Assembly (NCBI GenBank): GCA_964469295.1
Contig: CAYXYJ010000003.1
Location: 12,595 to 76,594, forward strand
From: an uncultured Candidatus Saccharibacteria bacterium
GTDB taxonomy: Bacteria > Patescibacteriota > Minisyncoccia > Phycocordibacterales > UBA918
Reading direction: 5' to 3'
Length of the DNA stretch: 64,000 bases
The notes beneath the pieces were generated by a model. The model made no database searches. It was not told the origin of the DNA and saw only the letters and a list, made by a program, of their open reading frames with translations. Shown piece by piece: positions 55,026 to 63,565 of the stretch (its first letter is position 1; the number at the start of each line of letters is the position of its first letter). The translations under genes and the position numbers were made by a program.

Positions 55026-57922
55026 TGTATGACTATTGTATGCGTATTTTAACTGAAAAATTTTCCGTTGCCTTTATTATCATGGTGCTGCTGGTACCTT
55101 ACATTACCTATGCATATCCAGCGGGAACACCTTCTTGGGATGATTGGGATGGTGATGGTAATCGATGGACTCATGGTGAAGATAATGATGGTTGGACTTC
55201 GTCTGGAGGTGGTGGTGGAGGTGGAGGTGGGGGGAACAACAATAATCCTCAAACTGTTGAAATTGATAGAAATCTCGGTACAACAGCTAATGTGCAAACA
55301 AATCGTCCGGGCGCAGATTACGTTTTGAGTCATACTCAAGTAATCAATGGTAGAACTTACCAAATATACGATTATACAGGAACCGTACGACCAGTGTTAC
55401 CAGGACAATCAAATCCTAATCCAGCCGGTTTTGTTGCTGTATTAATAAATGATAATAATGATAATGGTCACAGTTGCTCAGCATCGCGTCCCAATCTGGT
55501 GATTGAAGATATTTACCTAGTCCGTACTTCTTCTTCGAGCGAGGATGTGGATGAAGTTAATCTCGGTACAGATATCGAATATCGTCCGTATGCAATTGTA
55601 CGTAATACTTCATGTAAAAGCACAAATAGTTCTGGAAATAATCTTAGCTTACCAAGTGTCGCAGCGAGCGGTTCATTTCCTGTACGACTCCGCATTGATT
55701 ACAACAGTACTGATACGGCCAATCCATCATATGAGTACACCGAACAAATTGGTTTTGTTGGGCCGCTTGGGGGAAACATGAGCATGGCGGTAGCTTTTGA
55801 TCCAGTGACATTTACGAGTTTAGCGAGTCATGTATTTCAGGTGACTGCCGACCCTATTGCCAATCAGCAAAGTTTTGAGACCTGCACGGGCGGTGTGGGG
55901 TGTATCCGGGAAAGTAATGATACTGATAATACTCGCACTGAAACGTTCCGCACAACGCCACCAAGTGTGACGGTTGGGTCGTTTGTGTGGAGCAGTAATG
56001 TGCGTTTAAGTAGCAGTAACAACTATTGGACGACCTGGGATCATTTGACGACACCAGTTCGTGATATGGTCGCCCGGCCGCTCGCCAGTAGTGATCACGA
56101 AGTGGGAATTTATTGGATTGGGAATAAGGTTAATCTCGACCAGTGTACCGGTGTTGGTATTAATAATGATTTGCGTAATACCGCCGATTGGTGGCGAGTG
56201 AATTGGACGGGTTCTAACCATAGTGAGTCAAGATTTTGGGCTGGCCGCAGAGCTAGTGGCGCGTATCCATCGTGGCCAATGGGCTTTTGGTCGGGTGGTG
56301 ACAATTGGGACATTCGGCCGGTGGGGGGGACGATGGAGCAAAAATTAGCGTTTGCTGATAATAAAATCTTTTGGCGGGGTAGTGAGCAATACCATCGGAC
56401 GATGGCAGTGTTTGTGAACCGTGGCTTCCGTCAGGCGGTAGCGGCGGGTAATTATCATGAATATACCGTAACCTGTCCGGCCTATAATGGATCGACGGTA
56501 TCTGATACCCATATCGTCCGGAATGGGACGAGACCGGGGGTGACGTTACCAGTGTCTCTTCAGCCAAATTTACCCGACGTGACAGTGACAGCGGGAGAGG
56601 TGGTAGACCGAGTGCCATTTACGATTCAGAATAATGGGGCGGAAGCCATTTCGGGGATGACCTACACCCTCACTATTAATGGAGTAGCGGTGCATACGGT
56701 AGCGAGTAGTTCACGGGTCACCGCTGGCGGATTATTATCTACTCGTCCGGTAGTGAATTGGACGGCGCCAAATAACGCCCGAAATGTACCCATGGAGTTG
56801 TGCGTGAATCACCCGGGGCGAGCGACGACAACTCCAATCTGTGATCGAGGGGTGATAACAGTTACGGCTGTTCCGACTCACCCATTATCGTGCGATACAT
56901 TCACCATCAGTGACAATACATTAGAAGCTGGCCAAACCGCGACGGTGACTTGGTCAACCAGTAACGCTACATTTGCTACACTACAAGATACGTTAAATGG
57001 CACAACAATGATGGTGGGTGCTAGTGGAACTAGTCCGGCTATCATCTTCAGTCAGAACGCCAATCTTCGTCTCACTGCTTTTCGCGGAGCTGAACGACAA
57101 TCATGTCCAGACATTTTTGTTCAGGTGACTCCAGCGACCAACCCAGATCTCGCGGTAGCAAATTTCACAATTTCTACCTGTACGGATGAAGTGGCAACCA
57201 ATTGCCCAACTACCACTTGGCAGGCAACGGTGCAAAACATTGGTATTACCGCTACCCAGACAGCGCCATATGTACTGCAACGTCGCGTCGGTCCGGCGAC
57301 CTGGACAACCGTAGCGACGGGTAATATTCCCGCATTAGCCATCAGCGCGTCAACGCAAATCAGTGGCACTGTACGCAATATTGTTCCTGGTAATTATGTT
57401 TGGCGGGTGATCGTCAACGAGCCAGAACGGTATCCGGAAGAAACTCGGGCGAATAATATTAGCAATCCGGTTAATTTCATCATCACGCAAATACGAACAC
57501 CGCAATGTAGCGATGGTGATGATAATGATGGTGACGGCTATACCGACCGTAACGATTCTGGCTGCCGTCCCAATCCTAATGAACCGGAAGGACCAACAAA
57601 CACCTACGATCCCGACGACGATTCCGAAGCCGTCGTCGATAATCCCCAAATTACTATTACGGCCAACCCTGCTATTATCCGGTATGGTGATACGGCGACA
57701 ATTGAGTACAGTATTAGTAATCCTAATCCACTGACGTGTACCATGACTGGTCCCGGTATGCCTACAACCATTACCTATCCAGGCAATGTTGGACCAAGTG
57801 AAGCGTTGCAAGGAACGCATATTTCTGCACCACTGACGAGTACCCAAACATTCACTATTACCTGCGGCGCTACTCGAGCTCAGACTACTGTGGAAGTGAT
57901 TCCACTCGCACAGGAAATTTAA
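55025..57922 (+). CDS. Giant secreted surface protein (965 aa) with Gly10 linker, beta-sandwich repeats, CARDB-like domain and Ca-binding-like CSDGxDNDGDG motif, module copy 1
   Basis: N-terminal hydrophobic signal; SSGGGGGGGGGGNNNN; CARDB-like PDLAVANFTISTC...NIGITAT...; PQCSDGDDNDGDGYTDRNDSGC. The last ~33 aa are encoded by sequence identical to the 3' end of 59739..62519. Confidence 0.55.
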   Translation: MYDYCMRILTEKFSVAFIIMVLLVPYITYAYPAGTPSWDDWDGDGNRWTHGEDNDGWTSSGGGGGGGGGGNNNNPQTVEIDRNLGTTANVQTNRPGADYVLSHTQVINGRTYQIYDYTGTVRPVLPGQSNPNPAGFVAVLINDNNDNGHSCSASRPNLVIEDIYLVRTSSSSEDVDEVNLGTDIEYRPYAIVRNTSCKSTNSSGNNLSLPSVAASGSFPVRLRIDYNSTDTANPSYEYTEQIGFVGPLGGNMSMAVAFDPVTFTSLASHVFQVTADPIANQQSFETCTGGVGCIRESNDTDNTRTETFRTTPPSVTVGSFVWSSNVRLSSSNNYWTTWDHLTTPVRDMVARPLASSDHEVGIYWIGNKVNLDQCTGVGINNDLRNTADWWRVNWTGSNHSESRFWAGRRASGAYPSWPMGFWSGGDNWDIRPVGGTMEQKLAFADNKIFWRGSEQYHRTMAVFVNRGFRQAVAAGNYHEYTVTCPAYNGSTVSDTHIVRNGTRPGVTLPVSLQPNLPDVTVTAGEVVDRVPFTIQNNGAEAISGMTYTLTINGVAVHTVASSSRVTAGGLLSTRPVVNWTAPNNARNVPMELCVNHPGRATTTPICDRGVITVTAVPTHPLSCDTFTISDNTLEAGQTATVTWSTSNATFATLQDTLNGTTMMVGASGTSPAIIFSQNANLRLTAFRGAERQSCPDIFVQVTPATNPDLAVANFTISTCTDEVATNCPTTTWQATVQNIGITATQTAPYVLQRRVGPATWTTVATGNIPALAISASTQISGTVRNIVPGNYVWRVIVNEPERYPEETRANNISNPVNFIITQIRTPQCSDGDDNDGDGYTDRNDSGCRPNPNEPEGPTNTYDPDDDSEAVVDNPQITITANPAIIRYGDTATIEYSISNPNPLTCTMTGPGMPTTITYPGNVGPSEALQGTHISAPLTSTQTFTITCGATRAQTTVEVIPLAQEI

Positions 57923-58084
57923 TCACAATTACCTAACATCAACCGCCTGTTCTGGAGAGAACAGGCGGTTGATGTTATTCGTTCATGAGTAAGAGATTTC
58001 GTAAGATCAAAGATATAAAAATCACACCAATGAAAGTGTGATAGTGGGGGTGCGGGCGGTGCGAATGCATCGCCCGCAATGCGC

Positions 58085-58396
58085 TTAGAGCAGGCACTCA
58101 TCGCGCTGCGAGAGCGCGATGTAGCCCTTGACCTCACCGTCTTCTTGAAGAGCGAAAACGATGGGATGGCCATAGTGACCCCAGTCTTCGATGGCCGCCG
58201 CCGCAGCCCAGGCCATTTCTTCGGTGTCGAAGATGACATGGGTCCGGCCACGGCCGTCAACGAAGTCTTGAGACAGGGCAACGATATGCCCCATGTCACC
58301 GGCGGTCAGACACCGCACCGGGGCATCGGCAGCCACGGCGGTAGCAAAGGTAGCGGCGAAGAGTGTCGCCACCATGGCAGTGAAGGCGTTATTCAT
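58085..58396 (-). CDS. Small secreted hypothetical protein in a second GC-rich island
   Basis: MNNAFTAMVATLFAATFATAVAADA is a signal peptide. AGGAG RBS 7 nt upstream. Local GC is far above flanks. A GC hairpin lies downstream at ~58058-58080. Unrelated in sequence to the 53594 gene. Confidence 0.5.
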   Translation of the reverse strand: MNNAFTAMVATLFAATFATAVAADAPVRCLTAGDMGHIVALSQDFVDGRGRTHVIFDTEEMAWAAAAAIEDWGHYGHPIVFALQEDGEVKGYIALSQRDECLL

Positions 58397-58642
58397 CTTC
58401 TTCTCCTAGGAACTCGTCGGATCGCTGTAATAGCTATAAAGAAATTACCCGACGATTGAACTTATTATATAGCACACATGTATTGATTTGTAAATACTGC
58501 ACTTATATATTGAGGTGTTTTGGTAGTTATTTAATTTTGTCACGGACAGCGCAGATTGAAAGTGGATAATGATTATATTGGGGAGTCATAATCGTTATAC
58601 TGGAGTTAATAACACTAACAGCGTTAATTCCATTACTATATT

Positions 58643-59737
58643 ATGAACCCCGAAACTGATGCCGCATTTAGCGGCGAACGAATCAAACTCACTCCAGGCG
58701 AACGTTTTCGTCAAATTGTCATGGTGGTGGGAATAGTTTTGCTCGTCATAGTTGGAGCCAGTAGTTGGTATGTGTGGCACTGGCAACAGACACAGCCAGT
58801 TACGGTGATTAGCCATGGTCTCGAAGAGACCCAGGTGCCAACTAAAAATTTTCTAGTTGGGCAACTGTATTTTAGTGCTATCAGATCTGATGATGACACT
58901 GCTGCACCGTATATATACAAGAAAGATTTCACTGACGATTATATAAATCGAGCATTTGATTTTTCTGCTCTTTCTTATGCGTACAGCAATACACAATACG
59001 ACACAATGGTGACATATATTAATGAATCAGTTGATCCTGATGGACTGCAATTAATTTGGAGAGATCGGCAGACGGGAGAAACTGGGACGCTACCTCGCCT
59101 TACGGGATATTCGGAAATGGAATTAACGGTTTCACCAGATAATATTTATTACGCCTATTCTTATCTTGAAACTGCAGCTAAAAATCCTTCCCAACTAACT
59201 GATTGGGATATAGTACTGATAAATTCTGATACGTTAAAAATTACGGTGGTTAACGGAGCCATGGAACCGCACTTTACTGCTAATGGAAAGTATTTGTACT
59301 ACATGAAAACTGACGGTATTTACCGATATGATATTGAAACAGAGACTCACACATTGGTAAGTAATATCTATCAAGATCTGACTCCAATTGATGATTACAC
59401 TATTTCTGATAATGGTAATGTGCTGGTATTTACTTCACCATCACTGCGTACTATTTCGATACAAGAATTAGATGCAGAGGGGCACAGCACTGAAGTTGGC
59501 GCTGAAGTCGGGGTCGCGGTGCGGTATCGTCAACCGATGATGAGTCCGGATGGAGAAACGTATATTGTGATGGTCGCTAGAGATAACGATTTTGATACTA
59601 CGACACAAACGTATCATACGGTTTTCGGCGAGATTCGTTCATTGTATGGCAAAACAGTTCTTGATACTGTGCCATTTACGGGATTTGTACCTGGTTCGGT
59701 ACAGTTAAATGAATGGAGAGATGATATCCAAAATTAA
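58643..59737 (+). CDS. N-terminally TM-anchored beta-propeller-like protein (hypothetical), module copy 2
   Basis: FRQIVMVVGIVLLVIVGASSWYVW is an anchor. It is rich in Y/D/T repeats (PD40/TolB-like impression only). Stop TAA is 1 nt before the next ATG. Confidence 0.45.
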   Translation: MNPETDAAFSGERIKLTPGERFRQIVMVVGIVLLVIVGASSWYVWHWQQTQPVTVISHGLEETQVPTKNFLVGQLYFSAIRSDDDTAAPYIYKKDFTDDYINRAFDFSALSYAYSNTQYDTMVTYINESVDPDGLQLIWRDRQTGETGTLPRLTGYSEMELTVSPDNIYYAYSYLETAAKNPSQLTDWDIVLINSDTLKITVVNGAMEPHFTANGKYLYYMKTDGIYRYDIETETHTLVSNIYQDLTPIDDYTISDNGNVLVFTSPSLRTISIQELDAEGHSTEVGAEVGVAVRYRQPMMSPDGETYIVMVARDNDFDTTTQTYHTVFGEIRSLYGKTVLDTVPFTGFVPGSVQLNEWRDDIQN

Positions 59738-59738
59738 T

Positions 59739-62519
59739 ATGAAAAATCACCATATGAAACTTAAAATATTTTTTTTCGCCATCTCAGCCATTATTGTGCT
59801 TAGTGTTACTCCATCAAACGCACTCGCTACTGTTGGTGGCCCAACCGAAGTAGGACAAACTGGGTCGGTAACAAATGACGGTTACTTTCAAAATTTTGAT
59901 ACCGGACGAGAACATCTCATTCAATCATCATACGATCAGGCTCGTGATATGGGGAATGTGATTGCGGCAGCCACGGGTCATAATGTCGTAACAGTTTTTG
60001 CGTTGCAAAATGCACGTACTGGAGCCATTCAAGGTTATATTGTTGTGACTCGGTATGTGCCACCAATCGCCACGAGCGGCAGTCGGGATGATGACACTTG
60101 CGATAGTGCTCCCGGTGTAGGATTTAGAGACGATTCAATTAGATTTATCCGTATTACTGATGGGATGCCGGTTGATCGAACGGCGTTATTAACCAATGTA
60201 CCGTATCGCGTGACCGCGGGTGTACAAAACAGTAATTGTTGGCCAACCAATGGTATTTCTCGGTACCACTATAATGACAGCGCGTGGTATACCGGTACGG
60301 AATTTGTCCGTATTAATAATCCGGCTCAATCGTATGGGCAACCACCAGCTAACCGTGGAAACACACCGTATCGTAACCAATTACCGTTTGGTGAAAATGG
60401 TACATTTCCAGTGGAAATCCAAATTGATGAAGGTGACAATGGATCAGTGGATACACGAATGAGCATTAATCAAGTCGGTCCACTTGATGGACAAAGTGGT
60501 TCTAAAACGCATATGATTGCTACAGATAGCAATCTCGACACCCCACGGCAATATCCCTATGAACATTTCTATGTGCACCCGAATACGCTTGATGTGCCAA
60601 CCGGGTACACTACCTTAAATATAAACTCACTCGATCCAACCGAGGGGACTTTTACGCATTCAATGTGGCGATCGCTCCCGTTTGCAGATAGTCGTTGGCG
60701 TATGGGTCCTGGGATAACGGTGATTTCACCAGTGGTGGAATTTGATACAGCCACCACTGGTCGGGTGCGGGCGTACACTGATGTGGGTTGTGGCGGATCA
60801 TTTGGGTGCATCGTTGGGAGTTCAGATGGACAAGGGTTGGATTTTCGAGTGCTTGGTGCACCACAAATAACATTGGGATCGTATATTATTGGGAATAACA
60901 CAATTACTGACGTCAGTACGCGTGAACGACGAGACGTTACTGCCGGACAACAAATTGGTTTGTATTGGAGCGGGAGCAATGTTGATGTAAGTACCTGTAC
61001 TGGTCGAGTGCGATTAGAAAATGGCAGTACCGACAACGATTTTACGGCAGTTGGTGATACGACTGGCCTGACCGCCAATCAGTTGTTACTTATCCCCGCT
61101 AATACCAGTCGTATTGATTCCACTATTACTGAACCGACGACACAATACCGAACATATACCATTACCTGTGGCGTGGCTGGTGGTGGAGATACTGTGTCTG
61201 ATAGTATTATTTTATCCAACGGACCATTATCAGCTACGGTGCAACTTGACCCATTACTGGCAAATATGAGTGTGGCGTATCCCGATACCATCACTTCTAT
61301 TCCGTTTCGTGTACACAACGCTGGGACAATTGGGGTAAATAACTTTACCTATACCTTCACCATTGATGGCCAAACGTATCCGTCTGGGGCGTTTGCTGGT
61401 AGTTTACCAATCGCTACTAATTCTGACGTTTTGTATGGTGTAGTTAATTACCAAGTACCGTTGCGTGATGATGATACGTATACCATCCCAATGCGAGTCT
61501 GTGTGCAGCGTCCACAAATGACTACTGAACAATGCGACAATGCGACAATTACCGTGACCGTGGGGAGTACTATAGCTTCAGAATGTAGCGATGGTATTGA
61601 TAATCTGGATGAGGAAGATACTCTGGCCGATGCGGATGATCCGGGATGTTGGACCAATCCAACTGACCCAATGACGTATTATCCACAAGACACTTCCGAA
61701 ACGAATAATCGGGTTGATACAGCAGTGCCGGATTTGTTGGCAAGTGTTCGACCAATTGATGACTGTACCACCAATACTACTACCTGCTCGATGACGTATC
61801 GCGCTCGTATCAGTAACCTTGGTACCGCCACACCGGTAGGCGAACCGATTCCATATGTTTTTGAACGTCGTCTACGACCAACTGGTGCGTGGCAAACGAT
61901 ACAGACAGGAACCATAATCAATACTATCAATCAAGGAAATTACCGTGATGTCACATTCACTGAAACGTTGACTCTCGGTAATTACGAAGTGCGGGCCCGA
62001 GTAAATCAACCAACACCAAACAGTAATCTTCGAGAAACCATATTCACGAATAATACGAGTGGTCCGGTAGCGTTTACCGTGATGAGGGATGCTATCCCGC
62101 AGTGTTCTGATGGAGTGAACAATGACGCTCCCGAAGATACGTATATCGACGCCGCCGACCCTGGTTGCTGGGCGAGTTCAACCGATTCAACAACATATGA
62201 TCCAAATGATACTACCGAGTCGTTAGTTGTCGCGCCAACCATTACTATTTCGGCACGGCCACAAATCGTACGGTACAACGACACTGCTTCAATTACCTAC
62301 ACTATCAGAGGGGTGAATCCGGTGTCCTGTCAATTGACTGGTCCCGGTATACCGACAGCATCCATATCGTATCCAACGGTAGCCTCTGGCATAACCAATA
62401 CCATTACGGGAACGCACATTTCCGCACCACTGACGAGTACCCAAACATTCACTATTACCTGCGGCGCTACTCGAGCTCAGACTACTGTGGAAGTGATTCC
62501 ACTCGCACAGGAAATTTAA
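59739..62519 (+). CDS. Giant secreted surface protein paralog (~927 aa) with CARDB-like domain and two CSDGxDN...DPGC motifs, module copy 2
   Basis: Start set at MKNHHMKLKIFFFAISAIIVLSVTPSNALA (signal peptide). The track start 59709 overlaps the upstream gene. CARDB-like PDLLASVRPIDDCTT...; motifs SECSDGIDNLDEEDTLADADDPGC and PQCSDGVNNDAPEDTYIDAADPGC. C-terminus identical to 55025..57922. Confidence 0.55.
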   Translation: MKNHHMKLKIFFFAISAIIVLSVTPSNALATVGGPTEVGQTGSVTNDGYFQNFDTGREHLIQSSYDQARDMGNVIAAATGHNVVTVFALQNARTGAIQGYIVVTRYVPPIATSGSRDDDTCDSAPGVGFRDDSIRFIRITDGMPVDRTALLTNVPYRVTAGVQNSNCWPTNGISRYHYNDSAWYTGTEFVRINNPAQSYGQPPANRGNTPYRNQLPFGENGTFPVEIQIDEGDNGSVDTRMSINQVGPLDGQSGSKTHMIATDSNLDTPRQYPYEHFYVHPNTLDVPTGYTTLNINSLDPTEGTFTHSMWRSLPFADSRWRMGPGITVISPVVEFDTATTGRVRAYTDVGCGGSFGCIVGSSDGQGLDFRVLGAPQITLGSYIIGNNTITDVSTRERRDVTAGQQIGLYWSGSNVDVSTCTGRVRLENGSTDNDFTAVGDTTGLTANQLLLIPANTSRIDSTITEPTTQYRTYTITCGVAGGGDTVSDSIILSNGPLSATVQLDPLLANMSVAYPDTITSIPFRVHNAGTIGVNNFTYTFTIDGQTYPSGAFAGSLPIATNSDVLYGVVNYQVPLRDDDTYTIPMRVCVQRPQMTTEQCDNATITVTVGSTIASECSDGIDNLDEEDTLADADDPGCWTNPTDPMTYYPQDTSETNNRVDTAVPDLLASVRPIDDCTTNTTTCSMTYRARISNLGTATPVGEPIPYVFERRLRPTGAWQTIQTGTIINTINQGNYRDVTFTETLTLGNYEVRARVNQPTPNSNLRETIFTNNTSGPVAFTVMRDAIPQCSDGVNNDAPEDTYIDAADPGCWASSTDSTTYDPNDTTESLVVAPTITISARPQIVRYNDTASITYTIRGVNPVSCQLTGPGIPTASISYPTVASGITNTITGTHISAPLTSTQTFTITCGATRAQTTVEVIPLAQEI

Positions 62520-62534
62520 TCGATAAAGAGCACA

Positions 62535-62583
62535 ACTATAACCGAAGAGCCGCCGGGCTTGCCCGGCGGCTCTTCGGTTATAG
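62535..62583. terminator. 49-nt perfect palindrome ctataaccgaagagccgccgggc-ttg-cccggcggctcttcggttatag
   Basis: Lies between convergent giant gene 2 and ruvA. Shares the 22-nt core gccgccgggcttgcccggcggc with the hairpin at 50151-50174. Confidence 0.8.
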
Positions 62584-63141
62584 TTGTTGCAAGGCTGCTT
62601 TCACCAGAGTGGTAGTGCTGGCGTTTTGATCCATCGTGTCGAGCACCTGCCGTACTGATTGAGGATTGTATCCAAGTGCGAGCAAAGTATCAAAAGCATC
62701 CTGATACTGTGCATTTTTTATACCGGTAATTGGTGTCGCGATGATGGCGGTGTCAATTTTATCCTTGAGACCAAGGATAATTTTCTCGGCTGTTTTGCGA
62801 CCAAGACCAGCTAACGTGACTAACTGATCCGCATCATTGTTGCTCACTGCGGTCAAAATAAGCGTGCGGTCGGCTTTATCCAAAATATCCATAGCTGATT
62901 TTGGTCCAATTCCCGAGATGGTGAGTAATAACTCAAAAATTTCTAAATCATGTGGCGTGACAAATCCATACAAATCGTCAGCGGTTTCTCGTAGTGCGTG
63001 GTGGGTGTAGAGAGTCACGGTGTCGTGGGGGAGTAGTGCCGTTCGTTTCGGACACGTAACCAGATACCCTACACCGCTTCCGGTCATAATAACGGTTTCA
63101 GGGATGGTTTCTATGACGGTACCAGTGAGTCGACGAATCAT
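62578..63141 (-). CDS. ruvA: Holliday junction DNA helicase RuvA
   Basis: MIRRLTGTV... OB-fold N-domain, helix-hairpin-helix pair (ISGIGPKSAMDIL, LAGLGRKTAEKII), and C-terminal domain III. The track start at 63237 would overlap rpsT, so the internal Met at 63141 is preferred. Confidence 0.8.
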   Translation of the reverse strand: MIRRLTGTVIETIPETVIMTGSGVGYLVTCPKRTALLPHDTVTLYTHHALRETADDLYGFVTPHDLEIFELLLTISGIGPKSAMDILDKADRTLILTAVSNNDADQLVTLAGLGRKTAEKIILGLKDKIDTAIIATPITGIKNAQYQDAFDTLLALGYNPQSVRQVLDTMDQNASTTTLVKAALQQL

Positions 63142-63230
63142 ACAGTATATTGTACCGCACCAAGCCCAGAAATGGTGGTATTGATTTATTTTAGCAAATA
63201 CCGTATAGTGTGCGGACTTAGAAAAAGTAT

Positions 63231-63503
63231 ATGGCAATTACCAAAAACGCAAAGAAAGCAATCCGCACCAGTGAACGAAAGCGTGTTTACAATGTGCGCC
63301 GAACAACCGCGATGCGCGAAGTTGTAAAATCTGTCCGCAAATCTGTTGCCTCTGGCGATATCGATAATGCAAAGACTTTATTACCAAAAGCTTATAAAGC
63401 GATTGATAAAGCTGCCAAACGTGGTGTTATCAAAGATAATACAGCCGCACGTAAAAAGTCTCGATTGATGGCAGCGATCAAGAAAATTGAAAAGCCTTCA
63501 TAA
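63231..63503 (+). CDS. rpsT: 30S ribosomal protein S20
   Basis: MAITKNAKKAIRTSERKRVYNVRRTTAMREVVK...AARKKSRLMAAIKK is the typical S20. Confidence 0.88.
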   Translation: MAITKNAKKAIRTSERKRVYNVRRTTAMREVVKSVRKSVASGDIDNAKTLLPKAYKAIDKAAKRGVIKDNTAARKKSRLMAAIKKIEKPS

Positions 63504-63565
63504 TTAATGTATGGAGGATACCAAAAACCACCGCACTGCGGTGGTTTTTGGTATACTATGAGTCA

